A DNA stretch of 64,000 bases, taken from positions 1 to 64,000 of the forward strand of contig JAAOMT010000151.1 in NCBI GenBank assembly GCA_016748015.1, given 5' to 3'. The position numbers and the translations under genes were made by a program. Position 1 is the first letter of the stretch. Every line of letters starts with the position of its first letter. Below are positions 49,310 through 62,174 of the stretch, one piece after another. The stretch comes from Geosiphon pyriformis uo1 (Eukaryota > Fungi > Glomeromycota). The notes beneath the pieces are model-generated. The model made no database searches. It was not told where the DNA came from and saw only the letters and a list, made by a program, of their open reading frames with translations.

Positions 49310-49969
49310 ATGGTAGACGTGACAAAAAATATCAGAAAAATAGAAATTACAGACAACATCCACTCATTAGCACAACAACTCTTTCAATTAATTCAACACC
49401 AAGAGATGGAAATTACAATTAATCAACAAACCATCCAATATCAAGACACTAGAAAGACATCACCACATAGAACACAGAAAAAAACAGAAAATACCATTGA
49501 CAAAATCATTGCGAAAGTAAAATTAGCAATAAAAGAGTTGACAAAAGAGTCACTATACCAAGAGTTGACTAAAGAAACTTGGAATTAGTGGATACAACAA
49601 TTTCCAAGAAACTATTGTTATTTTTACTTGGGACAATACATGAATATCCAGAATCTATATACAGATAAAACAAAGTGATTATTCGACCCAAGAATACTAT
49701 AACAATTAGAACATTTTTTGGAAAAGAACAACTTATCCACACAGGCCTGAGCCATATACCAAATACACACAGCATTTCAGAATCAACCAGAAATCTTATT
49801 CAACAAAACAATGGATATGGTTACCAGTAATAAATTAGGAAAGATCACCAACACTCAATTTGAAGAATTACAGACTCAAATAACACAAGTAATTCTCGAA
49901 AATAAAATTCAGGAAATACTTCAAGAAGGGGAATTAACAGAGTTAGATTTCGACAGAGCTCAATATTAA
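49310..49969 (+). pseudogene. Extra 3' ORF (ORF4, 219 aa) of B
   Basis: Single frame from ATG 49310 to TAA 49969 with four stops, each derivable by one C>T; ends at the PPT. Confidence 0.78.
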
Positions 49970-49982
49970 AAGGAGGAAATAA

Positions 49983-50807
49983 TATTACTCATAAAAATAT
50001 AGAGAATATATATTAGCATAGTTATTAACCAATCAGAAGTAGACATAGTAAAATATGGAATTCCAGGATTCTTCTCAAGAATTGCAAGATTCCAGGAATT
50101 ACAGAATTACAGAATTCCAGGATTTCTCTCAAAAGAATTGCAGAATTCCAGGAATCCCAGAATTCCTGTTGTGAAGAATTGAGGAATTGAGAAATCTCAA
50201 TTATGTATATATAGCAGTAGGATTAAAAGCTAAAAAAAGACAGACCTTCAAGTTTAAATTTCATCTAGACAACCTTCCAAACACAATAAATAACTATTTG
50301 GTATCTCAAACCTAATTTCACTATCAACACTTTATGTTGATAGTAATTGATACTTAAACACACTGGAACAATAGCTCTTGATCATGGCTATTGATGGAAT
50401 ACTGACTTGCAAAATTGCCTTGGCTTATTTATGATTTTCCTTTTATTCCTTTTCTTTATTTTATTTTTTTATTGTTGTGCACTAATTGGTTGAATAAAGC
50501 ACTAGATTACTAATGTCAAGGATTGCCTGGTAAAAAGACCCCTACAAGAGGATAGAACACATACAGAAGATACGGAATACTTACTAGAAGATTGCTGGCC
50601 ATTACACTAAGAGAAAAATTGACAGAATTGCGATTCTGGGAAGCTATGGATAAAACAACTATTGAATTTCTGTCCATTATACAAAGAACTCAATCTGAAA
50701 CCTTCAGATACAAAACCTTCAAATTAATAACATCAATGTAAATAACTTTTAGCACCAAGTTACAGATTTGTTATTTGATTCAACACCCCAAAGAATTACT
50801 CATAACA
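49983..50807 (+). repeat. 3' LTR of B
   Basis: Aligns end to end with 40705-41549. Confidence 0.95.
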
Positions 50808-51160
50808 GTGGTAAGAGCAGAAAAGACCAACTTGTTAACTGGTCTGTTATTAAAAATTTTTGGGCTCTTAGAAGCAATAGAGACAACACTAGGATTAATC
50901 TGAGTGTGTCTTTTGGAAAAAACTTTGACTGGAGAAGAACTACCAGCCAAAGATGAAGAAAATAAACCAGAAGCTACTAAAGGCAGTTTTTCACTAGTAT
51001 TTTTTAAAGGAAATGTTGTCAAAACGTTTTGTCTAGCTGCTTCAATAACAGAGAGACCCTTTCATGTTAAAAATTTATTAGTTACTATAGAAAAAGTAAT
51101 GTTTGCAACTTTTTTACTCTTAGCTCTATTTGTGGTCTTGAAAATTAGAAGAAAAAGAGT
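50808..51160 (-). mobile_element. Family D host copy, 5' end
   Basis: Reverse complement of ~38269-38622; resumes where 38263/40704 left off. Confidence 0.88.
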
Positions 51161-51367
51161 TTTTATTATGAATAAGATGTATAAATTAGATATGTTTTAT
51201 ACATTAAGTAACATAAATAGTACTAGCATATAGTTAGGGCTTTTTGCTTGTAGTTAGCTGCATCTTGTGATATTGTATTATTGGGTGAACTGGCTTTATA
51301 AAAGTGCCAACTTTATTGTTAGACAAACTATAAACAATCAGCATAGCTATACGTTAACAAAAAAAAA
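51161..51367 (+). mobile_element. Family D 5'-truncated 3' end
   Basis: MNKMYKLDMF..STSI* + 3' UTR + poly(A). Confidence 0.85.
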
Positions 51368-52795
51368 TTCTATTATTTCTATTGTTGTGTATCAAGCTAA
51401 ATAGCTCAGTAAACTTATTGTTCATCTTAATTCTCTTTAGTGCAGCTTTTATGAGTTTTCATCTTACTAAGTCATATGCTTTTTTTATATCTTGAAATAT
51501 AAACCAAGTCTTATTACCAAATTCTCTTGCATGTTTAACAATAGCATTAATTACATAAATTGGTACTGCTGTAGAGATATTTTTTAGAATTGAGGTGTTG
51601 TAATCTTTTAAAATATTGTGGAACTTACATGCTTTTAATATTCTTGCAGTTAGAATTTTTATTAAGATTTTTCTAATACTTTCAATAAGTGTAATTAGTT
51701 TGGTGATGTCAATATTGCCTGGTTTACCCTTTTTTTTGGTTGGTCTTCTCTATAAGCCAGGTTTTTGAGATCTGTTTGGATTTATATTTTTTAGACTATG
51801 GGACAACTATTTCAGTATATAATTTTCTATTAAAGATCTTAATGGGTTTTTCTAAAACATTTCTTCTAATATACAGTTTGACCAACCTTATATTATTGGT
51901 AACTTTTTTAATATCTTTTTCTTTTTTTTTGGCATTTGAATACCAAATGCCCTACTTAATAATAAAAGTGATATTTTTTGATATTAATAAACACTTAGTA
52001 AACTAATGTGTCCCCAATTACCAATGGCTTATTGATAGTATTATTGTGAATGACTTTATTGTTAAATTCTATGTAAGCACAGTTTATTTTTGTATAATTT
52101 TTGCTAGTTCTTGAAATGAAATAAGATTGGGCTTTGATCTGGTTTAGAGTGGTATTTAGGTAGTAAACAGTACAATTCTGTATTAAATCAACAAACTTAG
52201 CTTTTCAGGTTTTTCTTTGTTCAATAATTTTTTGAGTTTCTATTATAGAATAAATCCTAACTGTATCTTTTTTTATCATGGTTAACCATTAGTTTACAGT
52301 TCTAGTTGCTTTCTCTTGGTTGTTGAATTCAACTACTGCTAACTGTTATTTTTCAGCCACTTTGATTTGGACTTTTTTGACCTTTCCAAATTCTTTTATG
52401 GCAGCTCTTACTTTTCTGTTTAAGATGTATAAGAAAATATTTTTTATCAAAACTTTTATTTAATTGGTAATTCCATCAGCTGTTATCAAAAAAGATTCAA
52501 TTTTTTTTCTTGCCAGAATTTTTTTGGCTTGATTTTTTCTTGTAATTTGAGAAAAATCCACTTGGATTTCTTGGTTTCTCACTATTACTACTCTTAAAAG
52601 ATAATTGATATCTCCCAAAAGATCATAAATCTACACCACTTTTTTTTCATGTTTTTTTCTGGTATGCACAAAAAACACATGTTTTTTAGTTTTATAGACC
52701 ACAGTTTTTCATTTTTTTTTCTGGTTTGGTTTTATAAACATAGGTTTTTTGCCAAATAATTTACTGCTATATTGGCTTAAACTTAGACTTGCAAA
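51368..52795 (-). mobile_element. Old LINE C fragments (RT part 51368-51720; ORF1 part ~51721-52795)
   Basis: Homologous to ~24965-25320 and ~21755-22885, heavily AT-shifted. Confidence 0.85.
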
Positions 52796-52802
52796 GTAAC
52801 TA

Positions 52803-54799
52803 TACTCTTTTTTATAATCACAACAAAAGCTAAGAGTAAAAAAGTTGTAAATATTACTTTTTTTATAGTAATTAATAAAGTTTTAATACAAAAAAGTTTC
52901 TTTGTTATTGAAACAGCTAGAAAAACCGTTTTGGCTATATTTCTTTTAAAAAACATTAGTAAAAAGCTGTTTTTAGTGGCTTTTGGTTTATTTTTTTTAT
53001 CTTTGGCTAGTGGTTTTCTCCTGTCAAAGTTCTTTCTAAAAGACACACTTGAGTTAGTTTTATTACTATAGACAATCTCAAAAATTGGGCTAATTAAATG
53101 AAAATAGAATCAACTGCTTCTCCTTTAGTTTCTGGTGCTGTTAATAGTAGTACTTGGATAAATGTAAATGATTACCAAAGATTCTTTGGATGGTGGCCTT
53201 TACTCTAGTGCCTGGTGCTACATTTAAGATCAAAATAATTCTGCTTAGTTTTTTGTTTTAGTTGCTGTCTGGTTGTATTGGGCTTAAGTCTGTTTTACAA
53301 AATGCTATTAAGTTGTTCTGTATGAAATTTGCATCTTAGAAGAGCCTAAATAATACCAATAAAGTGGCCATTAGTAATGAAGTTTTTTTGACCACTCTTA
53401 AAATTGTATAGTTTTCTGATATAGCCTTTGTTTCTTTCTCTTCTCTGTTAATTGTACTTTATAATATATCTTTAAGTATTTTTTCTGATAATATTAAAAC
53501 TGCTCTTGGCATTTTTGGTGTTGTCATTTTAGTCAAGTTAAAGTCTACTGGCCTGTGGCAATATGCTGTGATTTACTTCAAAAACACTTCTTCTGCTGCT
53601 GCTGTTCTTATTTACTGGTCTGTGCTAGTTAGAAAAAACAGTGTTAAAATTCTCTCTGTTGTTAACCAAAAAAAAGTTATTACCTCAAAAAATGCTTTCA
53701 AAGCTAAGTTGATTAATTTTTCTTTTGGCTGTACTGTCTTTAAGATAAGTAATTAGGTTTCCCAAGTTGGTAGCCAAACATGTTTTATTCTCCACTCCTC
53801 TGAATTATACTAATGTTAATGCTTTGCTGTGATTATCTTTGATTCCTTAGAATTTTTGAATATTGTTGTGTCAAAAACTGGTATCTTATATCTGGTGGAA
53901 AACTTTTGGATGTTACCACTGTTACAGATGTCAAGACTTGAATTATTTAACTGTAGACTACAAAGTGTTATTACTTCTCTTTTTCAAATTTTTTTTCAAC
54001 TTTGTTGGTAACCCTAAAGTTTTCAAATTATTGTTTACTGGAGTTAAATTTTATGTTAAAGCTATTGTTTTTGTAGTTCTTTCTGTTACTGTTGCTGTTA
54101 ATATGAACTTAGTTCTTAGTGGCCCTCCCAAAGCTACAACACTTATGTTGTCTGTTGTTTTTTTGCTTCCAATAATGCTGTTAAATCTAAGTTGGTTTAT
54201 CTGAAATCTTATCTTAGTAAACTTTCTTTGTTGATAAAATTTATAATTGAATCTGTTGGTTTTCTGGTTGCATTAGTTATTAAATTGCAAAGAAAAGTGT
54301 GGTTGGATTGGCTAAACAAATTAAAACTATTGGTGCTGTGATTTTCATAATATAAAAAAAAATGGTAAACTTAAAAAAAAAGTGTGAATAGGTCTGCTTA
54401 AAAGAAGTATTTGATAATAATAATATGGATAATAATGATTATAATAATAATGATAAAAATTTCTCAATTTACGATAATATCTTTAATATTATAATAAATT
54501 TATATGAAAATCAGCTCTCCAATATTAAATCCAATTTTGATTAGACTGTTAAGTGGATAAGTGGTCTTGTTAAAAATAATTATAAGCTTATTAGTATTAT
54601 GAGTAAGATATATAAGTTGGATATATTCAATACATTAGATATTATAAGTAGTACTAATATATAGTTAGGACTTTTACTTGTGATTAGCTGTATTTTGTGA
54701 TTTTTGTATTATTGAATAAGCTGGCTTTATGAAAGTATCACAATTTTGTGGAAATAACTAATAAATGATCAGCATAGCTACATGTTAACATAAAAAAAA
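52803..54799 (+). mobile_element. Family D near-full-length old copy with internal deletions
   Basis: Same 5' start ACTCTTT, RRM remnants, 3' UTR, A tail. Confidence 0.87.
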
Positions 54800-55452
54800 T
54801 AGGTTTTAGTTAAATGTTCATTCAAGAACCAGTTTTAAAAATTTCGGAATTGTTTACTAGATTGTTTTTCAACAAAAAAACAGATCAAACAAAAGAACAA
54901 AGGATTAAGTTTAATAAAATCTAAATTGTTTTTGTTGTATGTTGCAAAATGTTTTCCTGATTGTTATGGCAGGTATAAATAATCACCCATATAATAAAAA
55001 ACAAAGTAGATTTTAACAACCTTATAGAAAGCACCATTTTTATATTATGAGTTAGACTAATAAGCTAATAGATAGCAAAAAAAAACAGGATTGTAAGATG
55101 ATAAAATTAATTAAAGAAAAAATTACAACAAGAATGTGAATTAAATAAATAAGAATTCAATATATGTAATCAGTCTTATAAAAATCACAATTGTAAATCT
55201 TTTTTGGGAATTTAAAAGTAAAAAAATAGTCCATAATTGTTAACAAGATAATACTATTGTTATTATTCTATGTCTCAACTTGGCAATTCTTAGAATCAAT
55301 AACAAATATTATTGTGCTTTTTAATTATTTCTTTATTTAATGAATTACAAGAGCAAATAATTACTTTTTAGGCTAATTTTAACAATAAAAATCAAAAAAA
55401 GGAAAAAATAAGGTATGTAAATATCAACAAATAATCTTTTATCCCAAGATGT
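54800..55452 (-). mobile_element. Old family A-related fragment: gag start, PBS (~55018-55036), partial variant LTR (55043-55452)
   Basis: Homology to ~6680-7285. Confidence 0.8.
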
Positions 55453-55850
55453 TGTTATTTATAAAAAAAACAGATATAGAAAATAGTAGACCAATAAAGG
55501 AGTAATAGTTAACACATAAGCACATTGCTCAGCAATATAAGCATTGCTCAAGAAATTATAGCATATTGCTCGGGAATGTGAATAATCTCATAGAACATTA
55601 ATTATGTATATATAGCAATAGCAATAGAAGAAAAAAAGACAGACCTCTCAGTTAGATTTAATCTAAGCAATCTTCTATATCACAAAAATATCAATAAATA
55701 ATTATTCATTATCTCAAATTTACTTTTGATTATCAACACTTCATGTTGATAGTAATTAATACTTAACCACACTAGAACAATAGCTCTTAATTATGGCTAT
55801 TGACAGAATACTAATGTGTAAATTGTCTTGGCTTACTTCTTCTTATTTTC
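55453..55850 (+). repeat. Partial LTR of a family B relative
   Basis: Starts TGTTATTT; shares TATATATAGC, AAGACAGACCT and TATCAACACTTCATGTTGATAG with the B LTR; different U3 repeats (GCATTGCTC). Confidence 0.78.
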
Positions 55851-55851
55851 T

Positions 55852-58800
55852 TCAGAATTAAAAATCAAAAAAATCAAAAAAACATTGAAATCCATTCTGA
55901 AGTTACTAAAACAAGTAAAAAAACAGAGTAGCTGAAGCAGTTTTACTGCTGGAGAATCTAAATTTATAGAAACAAATGATGTATAGTACATCTGATTTCA
56001 ACACAAAACAGAATTATTCTGATAACAATACTTGAAAAATTGGTACTATTAATGTTAAAGAACTTAATAATCCCAGTAAAGCTGAAGAGGTGCTACAGTA
56101 GATTATTGAAAAACAAAAAAAAGAGTGTATTTTTTGGCTCTAATGAATATCATGCCTTTTGGAAGTTAAGTGTTGAGAAACAAATAGGAAGTAGAGTAGA
56201 TATACTAGTCAAAAAATGTTGAATGCATCATATAGAAACAATTAAGGGATATTATGGGAGACTGTTACATTTGGTGTTAAAATTTAGAGATAGAATCAAT
56301 GTGCACATAGTAGAATTGTACATGTCTGCTTTCAAATCACCTATTGAGAAAGCAGTAACTAAAAAAATTAGGAAACTTTTGAGAGACATTGTGCAAAACA
56401 AAAAAATAATTATAGTAACAGATGATTTAAATGAAGATCTAAAATCCAAATCACTTGAAAAAACATTTGCTATAAATAAAGTCAAAGCTTGTCTTACTGC
56501 TACAATGTTACAACATATGAATTTGGTAATTACACATGGAGTATATACAACAAACAATTCAGAAAAGGCATGATCATCAAATAGAATACAAAAAAGATTA
56601 GATTATGTGTTTACTAATGTAGTTTTTTTTTTTTTTTTTGTTAACATGTAACCATAGTGGTTTTTTATTAGTTTAGCCACTGTTTACTGATGTAGTTACA
56701 GCCTTACTGGTTACAAATATTGGGGTGATTAATTTTAATGAATTATTTAGCACTGATCACAAAGCAGTAATAACAATTATCAAATCTGACAGGATCTTGA
56801 CAGACAATAAAAAATTAAAATCTGGAAAAAAAAAGAATAGCACAACTATAATTAATGTTAAAAAAGCATTTGAGATACAATAGAAGATCTATGCAAGAGA
56901 AACTGATTAATTAACAGATAAAGCACAAAGAAAATTAGTAGATAACAGCAATAATAATCTAAACCAGTTGTGACTTACAATCAAAAAGACTGTGTTACAA
57001 GCTGCTAATTGTCTACCAAAAAAAAAATGGAAGCCCAATCTGTACACACAAAAAAAAAATGCATGAATCACAAGCTTGTTAAGATTATAGCTGATATAAT
57101 CAAACAAATAAAAGTAAACAATACAGATATGCATAATAATAATATTATGCAGCTGTTGGCTAAATGGAAACAGTTGAAACTTGAGACAGTTAATGCATAT
57201 CTGATAACTTTTCCAAAAGATAAGCTTATTACAGAATTACTTAGCATCAAAAAAGAATAAAGATTAACACTACACACTAGGATCAGGCTACAACAGCAGA
57301 GACAGATAGTGGACAATATCATCAAAAGACAACAAAACTTTGAACTAAATAAAAGGACAATGATTAAAAGCATTTTAAACAAAAAAAGACAAAGAATAGT
57401 ACTAAATCATGTTATTAAAAATGACAAATTTCATGATAATTTTGATAAAATTAACTAGTAAACAAAAAAGCTCAAGGTTGGACTAAAACAAAAATTCTTG
57501 AACCTGAACTATAGAAAAGTTGGGAACACAGGTTTAAGCCAATTGAAATCATCTCAGACTATGCCTTTAATGGTGTAATGGCTGAAATAACAAATAAGAA
57601 ATTTGAACACATATTGAGCCACACACTTCACAACAAATCTTCTGATCTATTGAGCATTCAAGCTGAACTCTGGAGGAAAGCTAGACCTAATACCAAGTCT
57701 AAACTGAGAACATTGCTTAATATTTACATAGAAGCAACAAACATGTCTGAAGAGTAAAAAATAACACAAGTTATATTAATTCCAAAGCCAAAAGAATAGG
57801 GTGGTAATATTGACATCATCAGACCAATTACACTCATTAAAAATACTAGAAAAATCTTAACAAAAATTTTAACTACAAGAATATTAAAAGCATATGAGTT
57901 TCACAACATTCTAAAAAATTACAACACCTCAGTTTTAAAGAATATCTCCACAGTAATACCAATTTATGTGATTAATGTTATTGTTAAGCATGCAAGAAAA
58001 TTTGGTAATAAAGCTTGGTTTACATTTCAGGACATAAAAAAGACATACAACTTAGTGGAATAGAAACCCATAGAAGTTGTACTAAAGAAAATTAAGATAA
58101 ACAATAAGTTTACTGAGCTATTTGGCTTAATATACAACAATAAAAGCAATAGAATCATAATTAAGTTTGGATTAAGTGATTAATATTAAGTACAAAATGA
58201 ACTGAATCAGAAAGAAACAAGCTTACCCATTATGTAGAGGATTTTCTATAACTCCTTATTGTGTAAAGTAAAACAAGCCAATTATGGTTAAGGATACAAA
58301 TTAATAGCTAAATGGAAAAAGTGGGACAATCAAACAGACACACAATTTCTGTTGGTATTAGTAAACCACTTTGTCTTTGTTGATAACACAGTATTAATAG
58401 CTAATTCAAGACAAAAAATACAGAGTATATTATACACAGCCAGCTCTTTTTTTAAAATAGTAGATATTGAGATCAACTAAAACAATAGTGGTTAAACTCT
58501 TCAAAAAGAAATCAATATTGGTTGAGTCACTAAAATTTGGTTCAAACAAACAAATCTTGAAATTGCTAAATTTATCTACATGCACCTAATATTTGAGAGT
58601 ATAGATCAGAACAGATGAAAAAAATAAAACTGTGCTAAAAATAATAAGATCTGACATTGAAACAGTATGTAAGATTATTAAGAAAAAACACATTACTAAA
58701 AAACAGGCAATTTATATTTTCAATAGTGTTCTCAGTTTAGTGATAGAATTTAGATCTCAATTGACTCATATTCCAAATAGTTAGGCCAAAAGATGGACTT

Positions 58801-61062
58801 CAAAGATTTCAGTCATTGTAAAAAAAAGGCAAAACTTTCAGTAGATTTCTCAATCAATGCCATACATTATTCATCTTTGTACAACTTGTTTAAAATTAAT
58901 AATATACAAACAAAAAGCAAGATCACAGATTTGTTAGTTAGATTGAACAGTGTTAATATTATTGGAATGACTACAAAAATCAGACTAGCCAACTTGCAGA
59001 CACAAAGATAGTTAGCTTTTAGTATACTTGAATACTCCACTAATGAACAATCTAAGCCAAAAGTTAATCTAATAGCAAATATTATGCAGATAATAGAAAA
59101 AAAAGACATCTCATTCAAAAGTTTTGATAATATATATGAGGTACCTGAATCTTCAAGACTATATATATACTTAATTGAAACTGTTATAGTTTCATGTGCA
59201 ATCTACACTAAAATTAAAGGCTTACTAAGAAAAAAGAACATTTTGTATTTGCATTAGATACAGAACAAGAATGGATTACTAATAACATAGATGGACTTTA
59301 CAAGAAAGTACAGACAAAGCAATAGTAATAGAATATCCAGATGGTTTAAGATATTAGAATATACAATTATTATGGATAAATATAAGAACATTGATATAGC
59401 TTAATATAAAACATTGGAAATGCACAAACTAACTAACCAAATACCAGATAACCTGGAAACAATGCAAAGAGACTCTATTTACATTCAAATTTCTAACATT
59501 TTATTATCACAATAGAGAAATATATGAGAAAAGTTGAGGCTCAGAAAGGAAATAAAAATATCAACAAATGACTTACTGATAAAAGCTGGTTTTGAGAATG
59601 CTAAAAAAGCAGTCACTTTTGTAATACATAGAATAGAAGCCAACTTTGATATAGCAGTTGATAGAATGTTATTATCAACAAAAACTAAGACAAAAGCTGT
59701 ATTATTGGCTTTGAAAACAGTATTTTACAAATGCAAATTAATATTAAACACAGATAATTAAGCAGTAGTGTCAGCAGCTTAAAAATGGTTGTTCAAAGAC
59801 TTTTTCTTGTCTATTAAAAATTAGTTCAAAACTCCTAACTGGTGCACATAGAACGCAATCAAATCAGTAATAAGTAAAAAAAAAATTGATCTCAATATAA
59901 ACAAAGTGGCTGTATACACTAGTATATCCAAAAATGAGAAGACTAACAAATTAGCCAAAGAAGCTACTGCTTTTGACACAATAGGATGAGTCTACAATAC
60001 TAAAGATATCAGCTATATTTTTTTTTGCAGAAGAATTAAATTGGATCTAAATATTAGACATTTTCTGAGCCAACAGACTGGGCTTCAAGCAGCTTTGAAT
60101 TGGATAAGCAATGACAAAGTTCAAGAGATATTAAGATCTTTAAACCAAGAGATAGATTAGAAGTGCACAACCAAGATTTGAAACTGGAATGGTAAAATGT
60201 TATTAGGCTTCATTTTAGCTAGATTTTTAGCAATATGCACATTTATTATGAAATTATTTCACAACATGCTGTCAACAGCAGAGATGTTATACAACAGACA
60301 TCTTTTTATGTATTTAAATAACCTTTGCAAAATATATTACATGGAAGTAAAAACCAATTGGTACTTTTGAGAATGCTCTCTGAATACTTAAAAGAGCAAA
60401 ACACTGATAGATAATATAAAAAATAAGTAGATGCAGTGCTTATCAAGGGCTGTAAAAAGAAAACATAAAACCTTAAACTCTAATGAAAAGATTGTTTTGT
60501 TTAATAAGTACATTATGTGAACATCCAACATAGATGTGCTATGTAAAGAATTAATTAATAAGCAATTTGAAAGAATCAATGCTTTTGCTGACATTAATCA
60601 AAAGATTAACAATAATATATTAATTAAAGTGTGTAAATGGGTGATAACTCAAATAAGGAATAGATTATGGAGGGAACATTACAAATTACAAGCTAAGTGA
60701 GAAAAATCAGTAGGTATCAATAACAGAGTTAAAAAAAGCCCATTGAGTGTATTCAACATACATAAAATATCAAAGAGTAATAATAACAATAATGGCAAAT
60801 CCAAAGTTAAAATGAGTGATAAATTCACATAGTGTAATAAGATACTGGTTGATGTTTTTTGTGATAAAATTACTTTATGTAATAATGTAATACTTCATAG
60901 ATTTTCTGGTTATATTAGTATGTAGTTAAACATAACCACTTAGTGGTTAGTCACATCTTGTAATTTAGATTATTGGATAAGTTGGCTTTATGAAAAGTTA
61001 TGCTTTTTGAATATGGCTAAACTAATAAAAGACCAGTATGGCTATATATTAACAAAAAAAAA
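55852..61062 (+). mobile_element. 5'-truncated, heavily decayed LINE C copy (end of ORF1 to poly(A))
   Basis: Collinear with ~23115-28236. Confidence 0.93.
56623..56680 (-). mobile_element. Ultra-short LINE 3'-end insertion with 15-bp TSD
   Basis: TGTTTACTAATGTAG (56608-56622) / TGTTTACTGATGTAG (56681-56695). Confidence 0.9.
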
Positions 61063-61730
61063 GATTCCATTTTTGTAATAAAATGATTAAGAAACTGAAT
61101 GGATTGTTATTCAAAGAAAGATTTGATTGGGTTTATTTTGAGACCAGTATTTTTAAGGAAATCAAAAACCTTTTGTAAGTGTTTAAGATATTCATCTTAA
61201 GTTTTTGAGTATACTATTATGTTGTTCAAGTAGACCAGAACAAAGTTTTTTTTTACTGATTTAAACACTTTGTTTATTAGGTATTAAAAGATGAGAAGAG
61301 CATTGGTAAGACCAAAAAGCATGACTGTAAATTTATAGATGCCATACTTGGTAATGAAGACAGTTTTTTTTCTGCTTTCTGGATCTATTTCTACTAGTCA
61401 GAATTCAGCAGTTAAGTCAATAGTTGAAAAAAAAGCAGCACTATTAAATTTGTTTAATATTGCATTAATTTTGGAAAGTAAGTATATGTTTCTTATAGTA
61501 ATAACATTTAATTGGCAATAATTAACACAGAAGCATAAGATTCCACCTTTCTTGGATATTACTACAACTGAAAAAGCCTATTTACTTTTGGTTTCTTGTA
61601 TGAATTCAAGGTTTTTTATTCAGTTTATCTCTTTTTTGATAAACTCATTATTGTGTTGATTGAATTAATAAAATTTCAAATAGATGAGGTAAGTTTCTCT
61701 GATAGTAATAATGTGTTGTATAATATGAGT
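61063..61730 (-). mobile_element. Gypsy A RT fragment
   Basis: Homologous to ~3278-3948. Confidence 0.9.
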
Positions 61731-62174
61731 TAACATGGCTATATGTTAACAAAAAAATAAAAATAAAAATAAAAAAAATTAACAAGACCACTTATCCACT
61801 TAGCAGTCTGATCAGAATCAGATTTGATACTAGAAGATTGATTTTCCCATAATTTTATCATTGCATCAAATGTGTTATCATATACTGAGAAATCTTTAAC
61901 ATTATCATTATCATTATTATCATTATTATTATCTATGTTTTTATCTTCAGATGCATCAATAAAGTGGACTTTTTCACTCTTTTTCTTGAGATCCACTATT
62001 TTTTTTTGCAACAAAAAAATCACAGTACTAACAGTTTTAATTTGGGTTGCCATTTCAATCTCACTTTCTTTTAATGTCTCTGCCATGGCAAGTAAAGTAG
62101 ATAGTAATTTAGTAACCAACACAACCAGGAGAGTCCACAGACTCAACTATAGATTTTATTAACAAAGACAGTTC
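61731..62174. mobile_element. ~20-nt 3' end with A tail (+, 61731-61778) followed by a family D variant fragment (-, 61779-62174)
   Basis: CATGGCTATATGTTAAC-A tract; DFSVYDNTFD..DQTAKW motif. Confidence 0.75.

Larger units (their letters stand above)
40705..50807 (+). mobile_element. Ty3/gypsy LTR retrotransposon family B with dUTPase, complete but degenerate (10.1 kb)
   Basis: LTRs 40705-41549 and 49983-50807, PBS 41552-41569, PPT 49968-49979, 4-bp TSD GCGG/GTGG. Confidence 0.96.
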
